NCBI GenBank assembly: GCA_019244185.1
Contig: JAFATB010000023.1
Location: 64,001 to 128,000, forward strand
Direction of reading: 5' to 3'
Length of the DNA: 64,000 nucleotides
Origin: Acidobacteriota bacterium
GTDB taxonomy: Bacteria > Acidobacteriota > Thermoanaerobaculia > Gp7-AA8
In this document: in pieces, positions 39,588 to 49,179 of the stretch
How positions within the stretch are numbered: the first letter of the stretch is position 1
Layout: the number at the start of each line of letters is the position of its first letter
Notes under the pieces: model-generated
The model's database searches: none
The model's input: the letters and a program-made list of their open reading frames with translations, nothing else
What the model was told of the DNA's origin: nothing
Position numbers and translations under genes: made by a program

Positions 39588-40544
39588 ATGCGGCATCGCG
39601 CGCTCGTCCTCGCCCTTCTTCTCCTCGTCTCCACCGCCGCCTTCGCGCAGCTCTCCGGCGATCCGGCCGTCGGTCTCACCACCGACTTCCGCAACTGGCT
39701 GACGGCCAACGGCTACGGCTCGTACAACTTCCAGCGCTCCGAGATCGCCGGCGGCAGCTACGGCGGCCGCACCAGCGCCGGCCAGGCCGTCGTCAACCAG
39801 CCGGTCATCTTCATCCACGGCAACTCCGACTCCGCCCTCGGCTACAACTCCGCGGAAACCGGATGGACGTCTTCCATTCAATATTTCAAGTCGCAGGGCT
39901 ATACATCCGCAGAGCTGTACGCGACGACGTGGGGCCCCGCGAACGCGCTGCTCGCCTCGAACCAGTACCACTCGAAGGACAACCTCACGCGCATCCGCGC
40001 GTTCATTCAGGCAGTGAAGGCGTACACCGGCGCGACGAAGGTTGACATCGTGACGCACTCGATGGGGGTGACGCTCGCGCGCAAGGCCATCATCGGCGGC
40101 AGTGCGTACGATTCCTCCGCCGGCGGCAACTACTCGCTCGGCGCGGCGCTCACGTCATCGGTCGATACGTTCGTCGGCATCGCCGGCGCGAACCGCGGCC
40201 TCGTGGCCTGCTACAACACCGGCCCCACGACGCCGACGTGCAGCGACATCAACGGCCTCTATCCCGGCTACCTCATCGGCATCACCGGTCCGTACGACGT
40301 GTCTTCGATCCTCGTCGACATGAACTCGGTCTCGCACCGCGAGGGCTCGTTCGTCTACACGATCTGGTCGAGCGTCGATGAAGTGATCGGCTACGGCACG
40401 ATCGTCTACGGGACGTCGACGTGCCGCATCCCCGGCCAGAACGGCGAGAAGACGTTCTCGACGGTGCCGTACGGCCACATCGGCTCGAAGGATCAGACCG
40501 CGTACTACCAGCTGCGGATGGTGAAGAACCACGTGACGAACTGA
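39588..40544 (+). CDS. Secreted class 2 lipase (Lipase_2 family)
   Basis: AAGGAG RBS, signal peptide, PVIFIHGN, ELYATTWG, nucleophile elbow THSMG. Confidence 0.88.
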   Translation: MRHRALVLALLLLVSTAAFAQLSGDPAVGLTTDFRNWLTANGYGSYNFQRSEIAGGSYGGRTSAGQAVVNQPVIFIHGNSDSALGYNSAETGWTSSIQYFKSQGYTSAELYATTWGPANALLASNQYHSKDNLTRIRAFIQAVKAYTGATKVDIVTHSMGVTLARKAIIGGSAYDSSAGGNYSLGAALTSSVDTFVGIAGANRGLVACYNTGPTTPTCSDINGLYPGYLIGITGPYDVSSILVDMNSVSHREGSFVYTIWSSVDEVIGYGTIVYGTSTCRIPGQNGEKTFSTVPYGHIGSKDQTAYYQLRMVKNHVTN

Positions 40545-40588
40545 GGTCGCGCGAGCTAACCAGTCGGCGCGACGCGCGTCTCATCGCC

Positions 40589-42028
40589 ATGCGCGTTCGT
40601 CTGCCGTTGGCTCTCGCTCTGTCTTGTTGCATCGTCGCGGGCAACGCCTTCGCGGCGGCGGATGCGCCTGATCCGCGCGCCGCGCGCGTCGATGCGCTCT
40701 TCGCGCGGTACGACCGCACGCCGTCACCGGGACTCGCGCTCGCCGTCGTGCGCGACGGCAAGGTGCTCCTGCGGCGCGGCTACGGTCTCGCGAGCCTCGA
40801 ACACAACGTGCGGATCACGCCGGAGACGGCGTTCGACATCGCGTCGCTGTCGAAGCAGTTCACCGGCCTCGCGATGGCGATGCTCGTGGAAGAAGGAAAG
40901 GTGCGGCTCGACGACGACGTCCGCACGTATCTCCCCGAACTGCAGTTGCCGCGGCCGATTACGATCGAGCAGCTGCTGCATCACACCAGCGGCATTCGCG
41001 ACTGGGCGGGCACGCTCGCCGTCGCCGGCTGGAGCTTCGACGACGTGATCTCGTTTCGCCAGATCCTCGACCTCGCGTTTCATCAGCGCACGCTGAACTT
41101 CGCGCCCGGCGCCGAGCACCTCTACTCGAACACCGGCTACAACCTCCTCGCCGAAATCATCCAGCGCGTGACGAAGCAGCCGTTCCCGGATTGGATGCGC
41201 GCGCACATCTTCGCGCCCCTCGGCATGTCGAACACGCGCGTGCGCGCCGAGCACACGGAAGTCGTTGCCAATCGCGCGTACGGCTACGCGAACGATGCTC
41301 GCGGCACGTGGCACGTCACGCCCGACAACCTCACCGCGTACGGCTCGAGCTCGATGTTCAGCACGGTCGATGACCTTGCGCGCTGGCTGATCAACTTCGG
41401 CGACGCGAAAGTCGGCGGCGCGTCGGCCATCGCGCGCATGCGCACGCCCGGACGCCTCACCGACGGCACGACCACGCCGTACGGCTTCGGCATTCTCGGC
41501 GGGACGTATCGTGGTCTGACGATGTTCACGCACAGCGGCGGCTGGGCATCGTTCGATACGTACGACGTCTGGTTCCCCGACCAGAAGTTCGGCATCGTCG
41601 TCCTCGCGAACGGTGAGTCCATCGACGCGCAAGCCGCCATCATCAAGATCGCCGACATCTACCTCGCGGACGAGCTTGCGCCCAATCCGCCTGCCACCGC
41701 GGAAGCCGCCACCCCTCCACCCGCCCCGCACGCGATCCCGCGTCCCGCTCCGCCGTCCCCCGCCCAACTCGCCGCCTATGCCGGCACCTACGAAAGCGAC
41801 GAGCTCCAGACCACCTACCGCATCACCATCCACGACGGCGCGCTCGAGCTCCACCACAACCGCCTCGGCAACGTCACGCTGACCTTCGTCCACAACGACG
41901 AGTTCACGACGCCGCTGCCGTACCTCGCGTCACTCGTCTTCGAACGCGGCGCCGATGGAAGCGTGCAGTCGCTGCGCGTGAACGGCTCGGAGCGCAGTCG
42001 CGACATTCGGTTCTCGCGGCGCGCGTGA
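40589..42028 (+). CDS. Serine hydrolase, beta-lactamase class C-like family
   Basis: Signal peptide, SLSK (SxxK), LLHHTSG, YSN, HSG. Confidence 0.9.
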   Translation: MRVRLPLALALSCCIVAGNAFAAADAPDPRAARVDALFARYDRTPSPGLALAVVRDGKVLLRRGYGLASLEHNVRITPETAFDIASLSKQFTGLAMAMLVEEGKVRLDDDVRTYLPELQLPRPITIEQLLHHTSGIRDWAGTLAVAGWSFDDVISFRQILDLAFHQRTLNFAPGAEHLYSNTGYNLLAEIIQRVTKQPFPDWMRAHIFAPLGMSNTRVRAEHTEVVANRAYGYANDARGTWHVTPDNLTAYGSSSMFSTVDDLARWLINFGDAKVGGASAIARMRTPGRLTDGTTTPYGFGILGGTYRGLTMFTHSGGWASFDTYDVWFPDQKFGIVVLANGESIDAQAAIIKIADIYLADELAPNPPATAEAATPPPAPHAIPRPAPPSPAQLAAYAGTYESDELQTTYRITIHDGALELHHNRLGNVTLTFVHNDEFTTPLPYLASLVFERGADGSVQSLRVNGSERSRDIRFSRRA

Positions 42029-42072
42029 CGGCGCGCATCACGGCGGCATACGTCGTGAACCGCCCATCCGCG

Positions 42073-42984
42073 GTGGAGGAGGAATCAAAGCTCGTCGTCA
42101 TTGCCGCGATCGCCGCGAACGTGGTGATTGCGACGGCGAAGTTTACGGCGGCGGTCGTGACGCGGAGCTCGGCGATGTTGTCCGAGGGGATTCATTCGCT
42201 CATCGATAGCGGCGACGGGTGTCTGCTTCTGCTCGGCGCGCACCTCGGGTCGCGGCCTCCGGACGAGTCGCATCCGTTCGGACACGGGCGCGAGGTCTAC
42301 TTCTGGTCGTTCGTCGTCGCGGTGATGATCTTCGCGGTGGGCGGCGGCGTGTCGATGTACGAGGGCGTGCTGCGCGTGCTGCATCCGGAGCCGCTGCGCA
42401 GCGCGGTCTGGACGTTCGCCGTCCTCGGCGTCTCGTTCATCTTCGAAGGGACGTCGTTCCTCATCGCGGCGCGGCATTTCGCGAAGCTGAAGAAGCCGGG
42501 CGTGTCGGCGCTGGCGGCGATCCGACGCAGCCGGAATCCTTCCGACTTCATGATCGTCCTCGAAGACTCGGCCGCGCTGATCGGCATCCTCATCGCCGCG
42601 GCCGGCGTGACGCTCGAACTCGTGACCGGCAACGCGGTGTTCGACGGCGCCGCATCGATCACGATCGGCCTGCTGCTGTGCGTCGTGGCCACGCTGCTCG
42701 CGATCCAGACGCGCGGCCTCCTCGTCGGCGAAGGATTGCTTTCCGAGAACGCGGCGGCGATCCGAAGCCTCATCGAATCCGACGCCGCCGTCGAACGCGC
42801 CGCTCCGCCGCTGTCGAGCTACCTCGGCCCGGAGACGGTGGTCATGAACGTGCGCATCCGTTTCTGCCGCGACCTCCGCACGGACGAGATCGAGGACGCG
42901 GTCGAACGGATCCAGCAAGCGATCCGCGAGCGCCATCCGATCGTGAAGAAGATCTTCATCGCGCCCGGGCGGATCGAGCCCTGA
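42073..42984 (+). CDS. Cation diffusion facilitator family transporter
   Basis: SSAMLSEGIHSLID, HPFGHG.E.YFW, LEDSAA. Alternative start 42025. Confidence 0.9.
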   Translation: MEEESKLVVIAAIAANVVIATAKFTAAVVTRSSAMLSEGIHSLIDSGDGCLLLLGAHLGSRPPDESHPFGHGREVYFWSFVVAVMIFAVGGGVSMYEGVLRVLHPEPLRSAVWTFAVLGVSFIFEGTSFLIAARHFAKLKKPGVSALAAIRRSRNPSDFMIVLEDSAALIGILIAAAGVTLELVTGNAVFDGAASITIGLLLCVVATLLAIQTRGLLVGEGLLSENAAAIRSLIESDAAVERAAPPLSSYLGPETVVMNVRIRFCRDLRTDEIEDAVERIQQAIRERHPIVKKIFIAPGRIEP

Positions 42985-43320
42985 ACGTCGCCACCGACCA
43001 TGCGCGGATGCACGCCGGGAAGCGGCGGCAGGACGGCCACGCGGACGAGCGCGCCCTGCTTGAGCCCGAGCACCAGCCCCGCCGCCCACGTCGCGTGCCC
43101 GAGCGACGCGAAAAGAGCGCGTAGAGCAGCGCCAGCGCCTACCCGACGATGAAGTGCAGCGCGTCGCCGGCCGTCTTCGCGCGGTCGCGGTTGAGCGTCA
43201 CCATCGTCCCGAGCACGAACGGCATGTCGATGCGGGTCAGCCCCAGCGACTGCGCGGCCAGGATGGCCGTCGTCAGTACGACTGTCGCGCCGAACCCCCA
43301 CAGCGCGACGTCGCCCAATC
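42985..43320 (-). pseudogene. Degraded membrane-protein gene (nonsense codon, frameshifts, truncation)
   Basis: DVALWGFGATVVLT...DMPFVLGTMVT.NRDRAK...HFIVG ends at TAG (43141-43139); LFASLGHATW...LPGVHPRM continues in another frame and runs into the convergent CDF gene. Confidence 0.7.
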
Positions 43321-43445
43321 GATTACATGCATGTTCATCGTGGCCGTCGTGACGGATGCAATTCACGCCTCGGTTGGGGTAGTGCGAGATGCATGGTGGG
43401 CCATGTATTGTGGCGACATGGCCCGAGGAGCCAGCGACTTGTGGA

Positions 43446-44435
43446 TCACGGCGGGGGAAAATTCTGGTTCGCGATCCGAAGTTGGTCGAGCGTATGCGTC
43501 GACCACGGCTGCGGTGGGTACGTCGACTTCGTCGAGTAGTGCAGGCCGAGGCTGAATGCCTTGCTCGCCCACGCGCCCACGGCGCCGGGCGTTCTGTCCG
43601 CGTCGCCGACTCCGTCATCGTTGATGATGAGGAATGCGTTCGGGTTGTACGTTGCCGCGCGTCGTTTCGCGTCGAGGATGTTCTCCTGCAGATCGCGCGA
43701 CTGCGGCGATGAATCGATGCCCCACTGTCCGGCGTGAAAGTCGAAGAACGAGAACGGGATGTTCCGCAGCGTCATGGATTCGTTCGTCACGCCGGTGCTC
43801 GTGGTGATGAGCGGCGAGGCTCCGACGACGTTCACCAATGCGTCTTTCATGATCTGGATCCAGGCGACGAGGTTCTGATTGTCCACGTCGCCGCAACCCC
43901 CGCCGTCCATGCGGAGCTCGTTGCCGATTTCCCAGAGCACGTTCGTCTTTGTCTTGAGGCGATTTCCGACCGCCGCGATCAGCTCTTTCTGTTTGTGCGT
44001 CGTCGCATTCTGCGAAGGCTGGAAGAACGTCTGGAGCCGCCCGCACAGAGTCGTTCCGGTTCCGTACGCCGGCAGCAACTCCGGAGGACAATCCTCCGGC
44101 ACTTCCTCGGGGAATTTGCACACGTGGTAGTTGAAGAGACAGACCTGGACCCAGAACCCCTTCGCGGCCGCGAGCTTGACGAGCAGTTCGAGGTTGTCGA
44201 GATAGGTCGGGTTGATGGTGTGATCCGGCTGATACAGATGGATCGCGCGGTCCGGAGGCAGCGTGTCGGCGGTCGAACGGCGAAAGACCCACACGCGTAC
44301 GAGATTGATCGGCCAGCCGCCGTCGGCGATGTATTGGAAGTAGTTGCGCGTGTCGCCGCCGCCCACCGCCCCGAGGTTGCGATCGTTCGCGAGGTTGTAC
44401 GCGCCGTAAGCGATGAAGCGCCGCGGAAGTGTCAT
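43446..44435 (-). CDS. Putative clan GH-A (GH5-like) TIM-barrel protein
   Basis: NLVRVWVF, VQVCLFN, WEIGNE (acid/base position), FFDFH in canonical strand order. Confidence 0.6.
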   Translation of the reverse strand: MTLPRRFIAYGAYNLANDRNLGAVGGGDTRNYFQYIADGGWPINLVRVWVFRRSTADTLPPDRAIHLYQPDHTINPTYLDNLELLVKLAAAKGFWVQVCLFNYHVCKFPEEVPEDCPPELLPAYGTGTTLCGRLQTFFQPSQNATTHKQKELIAAVGNRLKTKTNVLWEIGNELRMDGGGCGDVDNQNLVAWIQIMKDALVNVVGASPLITTSTGVTNESMTLRNIPFSFFDFHAGQWGIDSSPQSRDLQENILDAKRRAATYNPNAFLIINDDGVGDADRTPGAVGAWASKAFSLGLHYSTKSTYPPQPWSTHTLDQLRIANQNFPPP

Positions 44436-44509
44436 GTCAGGGAGAGGCGGTTTCGCGCCGAATCCCTACCCGGAGGGGTCGCGATGCTGAGTGATTGAGC
44501 GGGGGCGTT

Positions 44510-44585
44510 TGGTAGCGCATACGGGATTCGAACCCGTGTTACCGCCGTGAGAGGGCGGCGTCCTGGACCCCTAGACGAATGCGCC
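44510..44585 (-). tRNA. tRNA-Glu (CTC)
   Basis: 76-nt cloverleaf: acceptor GGCGCAT/ATGCGCT, anticodon arm CCGCC-CTCTCAC-GGCGG, T-loop TTCGAAT, encoded CCA. Confidence 0.97.
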
Positions 44586-44673
44586 GGATGGGCGAGGGAC
44601 GCGGAAGATACCTTCGGGAGCGCTTCGCGTCAAGGCGGTTAAGTAGCGCGGCAGGAGCGAAATTCCCCGCGCG

Positions 44674-45168
44674 TCAGCGGGGGACGGCGATGTCGGCGGC
44701 GGAGGTGTTCGGGAGCTTTAGCAGCTCCGACGGGGCGAGGCGGACTTTGCTCGAGCGGTTGCCGCCGCCGATGATGACGCGCGGGGCTTCGAGGACGCGC
44801 TCATCGATGTAAATCGGGACCTCGGCGGGCAGGCCGGGGAGGGTCACGCCGCCGATGAGCATGCCGGTCAGTTCCGCGGTCTCGTCGGCCGACGCGAACG
44901 ACATCTTCTTCGTGCCGGTGATCGCCACGAGCTTGCGGTTGACGTCGAGCTTCGTGTCGGCGCGCACGAGGCAGGCGACGTAGCCGCGCGGGTTCGTCTT
45001 CAGCGCGACGAGGATCGCGTTGCACGCCTCCTCGGCGGCGATTCCGTAGTGGCGGCAGAACTCCGCGGTATCCGCGAGCTCGGGCTCGCAGGCGAGGACT
45101 TCGTAGGTGATGCCGGCGGCGTCGAGGGCGGTGCGGACGCGTTCGTGAAGGAGTGCAGGATCGCTCAT
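44674..45168 (-). CDS. YbaK/EbsC family aminoacyl-tRNA editing domain protein
   Basis: SFASADETAELTGMLIGGVTLPG, IIGGGNRS. Confidence 0.88.
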   Translation of the reverse strand: MSDPALLHERVRTALDAAGITYEVLACEPELADTAEFCRHYGIAAEEACNAILVALKTNPRGYVACLVRADTKLDVNRKLVAITGTKKMSFASADETAELTGMLIGGVTLPGLPAEVPIYIDERVLEAPRVIIGGGNRSSKVRLAPSELLKLPNTSAADIAVPR

Positions 45169-45237
45169 CGCCGGTCACTTTTACCTCATCTGCCCGGCAC
45201 GCTTCACGCATTTATTGCGCGCGGAGGACATACGCCA

Positions 45238-45837
45238 ATGCCGAATGCAATCACGATGTTGAAAGCGGACCATACGACGCTCAAGCGCATCCTGCGCGAG
45301 CTCGATGCGACCACCGAGCGCGCGACCAAGCAGCGCCAGTCGCTGGCCGCCGAGTTCGAGCGCGAGATCAAGATGCACGCGCAGATCGAAGAGGAAGTGT
45401 TCTATCCCGCCTTCAAGGCCGCGACACGCGGCACCGAGGCCGAGGACATGTTCTACGAGGCCGCCGAAGAGCATCACATCGTCGACATGGTTGTGCCGGC
45501 GCTGAAGGCCGCGAACCCGAAGTCGCACGAGTTCGGAGCGAAGGCCAAGGTGCTCAAGGAGCTCGTCGAGCATCACGTCAAGGAAGAAGAGACGGAGATG
45601 TTCGCGCACGCGCGCAAGGTCTTCAGCGACGAGCAACTGCGCGAGCTCGGCGAGCTGATGCAGGCCCGCAAGGACTCGCTCATCGAGATGTGGGACAACC
45701 CGATGCTCCGCCCCGTCAAGAAACTGCAGAGCGTCGCGCACAAGTTCCTGCCGACGAAGGTCAAGACCGCGAAGGCCGCCGCGATCGCGAAGTCGCCGGC
45801 GATCTCGAAGATCGTCGACCAGGACGAAGCACGCTAG
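45238..45837 (+). CDS. Hemerythrin (HHE) domain protein
   Basis: LKADH, HAQIEEEVFYP, EEHH, HHVKEEE; GGAGG RBS. Confidence 0.9.
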   Translation: MPNAITMLKADHTTLKRILRELDATTERATKQRQSLAAEFEREIKMHAQIEEEVFYPAFKAATRGTEAEDMFYEAAEEHHIVDMVVPALKAANPKSHEFGAKAKVLKELVEHHVKEEETEMFAHARKVFSDEQLRELGELMQARKDSLIEMWDNPMLRPVKKLQSVAHKFLPTKVKTAKAAAIAKSPAISKIVDQDEAR

Positions 45838-45852
45838 GTTTTCTTCCCGAAT

Positions 45853-45879
45853 GCGGGGCTCGCGCGCAGCGAGCCCCGC
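45853..45879. terminator. GC-rich hairpin between convergent genes
   Basis: GCGGGGCTCGC-N5-GCGAGCCCCGC, 11-bp perfect stem; no clear U-tract. Confidence 0.5.
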
Positions 45880-45908
45880 GCCGCGCGCCCGCGCGATTGC
45901 GCTGGCCG

Positions 45909-46175
45909 CTATTGCGCTGAACGTTGGCGCGGGGCGTCCGTCTGTACCCGCGGCTTGAGCTCCATCGTCCTCTGCATCCAGCGGCCGGTCTCGCGGTCGC
46001 GCTCGAAGAGGCTCCGCACTTCGCTCCACGCCTGCGTCTGCGCCGTGCGGAAGCGCGTCTTCGTCTCGGCCGCATGCTGCCACGCGCGATTGAACGCCTC
46101 GCGATACACGCGCAGCGCCGCCTCGGGGAGATTGATGCGGCAGACGTACGGCAGGTCCTCGATCGACTCGTACAT
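45909..46175 (-). CDS. chaB: ChaB family protein
   Basis: Y.SI.DLP...LP..A..VYR.AFN.AW...AW..V...F...G.W pattern; GAGGAGAGG RBS. Confidence 0.8.
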   Translation of the reverse strand: MYESIEDLPYVCRINLPEAALRVYREAFNRAWQHAAETKTRFRTAQTQAWSEVRSLFERDRETGRWMQRTMELKPRVQTDAPRQRSAQ

Positions 46176-46189
46176 GGCTCTCCCTCTCC

Positions 46190-47500
46190 TCAGTAGTATT
46201 CGTGGCCGAGGTGCGTCAGCGTCTCCTCGCCCATCGCCCAGCGCATCGTGTTCTTCAGCTTCATCAGCTGGATGAAGAGGTCGTGCTCGGGATAGAGCTC
46301 GGGCGCGGTCATCGGGCATTTGAAGTAGAAGCTGAGCCACTCCTGAATGCCGGACCAGCCGGCGCGCTGCGCGAAGTCGAGCAGCAGCGCGAGGTCGAGC
46401 ACGATCGGCGCGGCGAGGATCGAATCGCGGCAGAGGAAGTCGATCTTCATCTGCATCGGATAGCCGAGCCAGCCGAAGAGATCGATGTTGTCCCATCCTT
46501 CCTTCGCATCGCCGCGCGGCGGGTAGTACTCGATGCGCACCTTGTGAAAGAGCTTCCCGTACAGCGATTGGTAGATCTCGGGTTGCAGGATGTAATCGAG
46601 CACGCCGAGCTTGGTTGTCTCTTTCGATTTGAAGGATTCCGGATCGTCGAGCACTTCGCCGTCGCGATTGCCGAGGATGTTCGTCGAGAACCAGCCGCGC
46701 ACGCCGAGCATGCGCGCCTTGAGCGCGGGCGCGACGACGGTCTTCATCAGCGTCTGGCCGGTCTTGAAGTCCTTGCCGGCGATGGGCACGCCTTCGCGGC
46801 GCGCGAGCTCCCACGCGGCGGGGAAGTCGACGGCGAGGTTCGGCGCGCCGTTCGCGAATGCGACGTGCTCGCGCAGACACGCCCACGCGTAGAGCTGCGC
46901 GTTAGAGATCGTCGGATCGTTGTGCGCGAGCGCTTCTTCGAACGACTCGACGGTGTGATGGCAGCCGTTCGCGGAGACCCACACTTCCGTGCTGCCGCAC
47001 CAGACGGCGACGGCGCGCGTGCAGCCGTTGTCGCGCTTGAACGCGCGGATGTCTTCGCGGAGCTGCGCGACCATCTCCGCTTTCGTCTCCCCCTTTTTCA
47101 CGTGCGTGCCGTTGAGGCGGCGCACGTACTCGGGATAGAAGACGCCCGGCATCGGACGGATGGCCTCGAGCTCGTCGCGCACGACATCGAGGTGCTCGCG
47201 CGTGAGGACGTCGGCGTGGATGGCAGACTCGTACGCGTTGTCGGGAAAGATGTCCCACGCGCCGAAGACGAGGTCGTCGAGCTTCGCGAGGCCGAGGAAG
47301 TCGTCGATGCGCGGCGCTTTCGCATCGGTGCGTTTGCCGAGGCGGATGGTGCCCATCTGCGTCAGCGAGCCGACGGGCTCGGCGAGGCCGCGCCGCGCGA
47401 GCAGCACGCCGGCGATCATCGTGGTCGAGACGGCGCCAAGACCGGGCAGGAGAACGGCCAGCTTACCGGACGCTGGCGTCACGACTTCGGGTTGTTTCAC
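46190..47500 (-). CDS. ino1: Myo-inositol-3-phosphate (1-phosphate) synthase
   Basis: GLGAVSTT, GKDFKTGQT, STNILGNRDG, DAKEGWD, CRDSILAAP, FYFK.P. Confidence 0.93.
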   Translation of the reverse strand: MKQPEVVTPASGKLAVLLPGLGAVSTTMIAGVLLARRGLAEPVGSLTQMGTIRLGKRTDAKAPRIDDFLGLAKLDDLVFGAWDIFPDNAYESAIHADVLTREHLDVVRDELEAIRPMPGVFYPEYVRRLNGTHVKKGETKAEMVAQLREDIRAFKRDNGCTRAVAVWCGSTEVWVSANGCHHTVESFEEALAHNDPTISNAQLYAWACLREHVAFANGAPNLAVDFPAAWELARREGVPIAGKDFKTGQTLMKTVVAPALKARMLGVRGWFSTNILGNRDGEVLDDPESFKSKETTKLGVLDYILQPEIYQSLYGKLFHKVRIEYYPPRGDAKEGWDNIDLFGWLGYPMQMKIDFLCRDSILAAPIVLDLALLLDFAQRAGWSGIQEWLSFYFKCPMTAPELYPEHDLFIQLMKLKNTMRWAMGEETLTHLGHEYY

Positions 47501-47515
47501 GGTACCGGCGAGGCG

Positions 47516-47531
47516 AGCAAAACACGGGCCA
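47516..47531 (-). promoter_or_regulatory. Sigma54 (-24/-12) promoter of ino1-chaB
   Basis: Minus-strand TGGCCCGTGTTTTGCT (GG-N10-GC with TTGCT), ending 15 nt before the GTG start. Confidence 0.7.
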
Positions 47532-47558
47532 CGCCTTTGCATAATGTGCAAATGAAGA

Positions 47559-48464
47559 ATGCTCGAGGAAGTCACGGTCGTCGCTCCGCACGAGCCCAAT
47601 CGGGGAGTGTTGCTGGCGCAGCTGGCGGCGGAGTTTCCGTCGATCTTCGCGCGCCTCGACGGCGACGCCGCGGAGGCGCCGCACGTGCGCGCGTCGGAGT
47701 GGCGCCGCGCGGACTTTGATACATGGTCGTTCGACTGCCGCGTCGACGAGCTCGCATCGGCGCCGTTCACGCTCACGCTCGCACACGATGCCGACGACGC
47801 GCCGCGCTTTCCGATCGAAGTGCTGAATCGCTGTCAGCGCGCGATCGGGCGGCGCAACCGGCACTCGCAGGGACAACTCTTCACGCGCGTGCTCGAACGC
47901 CATCGCGCGCTGCACGACGTCGCGAAGCCGCTCGTCCGCGCCGACTACAACCACGCGCGCGACGCGTGGCAATGGCTGCTGCGTCTCGATGCGGAGGCCT
48001 CGCTCGCGGTGCAAATTGCGGCGCTTTTTCACGATATCGAGCGACTCGCATCCGAGTCCGACGCGCGCGTCGAGCACCATGCGGACGACTACCAAACGTT
48101 CAAGGACGCGCACGCGCGCGCCGGTGCGGCGATGACGGATGCGGTGCTCGCGGAGGCGGGTGTGAACGCGAGCATCGGCGCACGTGTCTGCGAGCTCGTC
48201 GCGCGGCACGAGCGTCCGTCGGACGACGCGGAGCTCGCGCTCCTCAACGACGCCGACGCGCTGTCGTTCCTGTCGCTCAATTCGCCCGGCTACGCCGACT
48301 ACTTCGGCGCCGAGCAAACCAGAAAGAAACTCGCGTACACGTGGAATCGCATGCGCCCGAGCGCGCGCGCGAAGCTGGGCCTCGTGCATCTGCGGGACGA
48401 CGTCGGCGCCTGGTTGCGTGAAGTCACGGAGCGGGAGGTCAGGGATGGATCTGTCGGCGCATGA
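47559..48464 (+). CDS. HD-domain protein (DUF4202-like)
   Basis: NHA..., AALFHDIER, HARAG, RHE, DADALSF HD-superfamily motifs. Confidence 0.78.
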   Translation: MLEEVTVVAPHEPNRGVLLAQLAAEFPSIFARLDGDAAEAPHVRASEWRRADFDTWSFDCRVDELASAPFTLTLAHDADDAPRFPIEVLNRCQRAIGRRNRHSQGQLFTRVLERHRALHDVAKPLVRADYNHARDAWQWLLRLDAEASLAVQIAALFHDIERLASESDARVEHHADDYQTFKDAHARAGAAMTDAVLAEAGVNASIGARVCELVARHERPSDDAELALLNDADALSFLSLNSPGYADYFGAEQTRKKLAYTWNRMRPSARAKLGLVHLRDDVGAWLREVTEREVRDGSVGA

Positions 48465-49179
48465 GATCGAACAACGTGTGCGCTCCCTCGGACAGTGGTT
48501 CCACAATCTCGATTTGCGCGGCGTGAAAACGGCGCCGGACCACTTTCTGGGCGATTACCCGAACATCAAATGGCAGCGGTTCGCGCACGCGATTCCGGCC
48601 GATCTCACCGGGAAATCGGTGCTCGACATCGGCTGCAACGCCGGCTTCTATTCGATCGAGATGAAGAAGCGCGGCGCCGCGCGCGTCGTGGGCGTCGACT
48701 CCGACGACACGTATCTGAATCAGGCGCGCTTCGCGGCAGAGGTGTCGGGATTCGGGGATATCGAGTTCAGGAACCTCTCGGTGTACGACGTCGGCAAGCT
48801 CAGTGAGCGCTTCGACCTCGTCATCTTCATGGGCGTGCTGTATCACCTGCGGCATCCGCTGCTCGCGCTCGACACGCTGTACGACACGGTCGTCGGCGAC
48901 CTGCTGCTGTTCCAGAGCATGCAGCGCGGCAGCAGCGACGTCGCGCGTGTCGAGGAGAACTATCCGTTCTGGGACACGTCGGTATTCGAGCAGGACGGCT
49001 ATCCGCTGATGTACTTCGTCGAGTCGCGCTACGCGAACGATCCGACGAACTGGTGGATCCCGAACCGCGCCTGCGTCGAGGCGATGCTGCGCAGCGCCGG
49101 TTTCACCATCGAGGCGCATCCGGAAGAAGAGGTCTATCTCTGCCGCCGCGGCGTTCGGCCGTCGTTTGGAGACGCGTAG
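48445..49179 (+). CDS. SAM-dependent methyltransferase (TIGR04290-like / CmoB-related)
   Basis: WFHNLDL..TAPDHFLGDYP, VLDIGCNAGFYS, MGVLYHLRHPLLALD, DPTNWW. Confidence 0.9.
   Translation: MDLSAHEIEQRVRSLGQWFHNLDLRGVKTAPDHFLGDYPNIKWQRFAHAIPADLTGKSVLDIGCNAGFYSIEMKKRGAARVVGVDSDDTYLNQARFAAEVSGFGDIEFRNLSVYDVGKLSERFDLVIFMGVLYHLRHPLLALDTLYDTVVGDLLLFQSMQRGSSDVARVEENYPFWDTSVFEQDGYPLMYFVESRYANDPTNWWIPNRACVEAMLRSAGFTIEAHPEEEVYLCRRGVRPSFGDA

Noticed and set aside
43370-44520. att-bounded genomic island at tRNA-Glu
   Set aside because: Only a 7/8-nt resemblance to the tRNA 3' end near 43378 and no integrase; not enough to call an att site.
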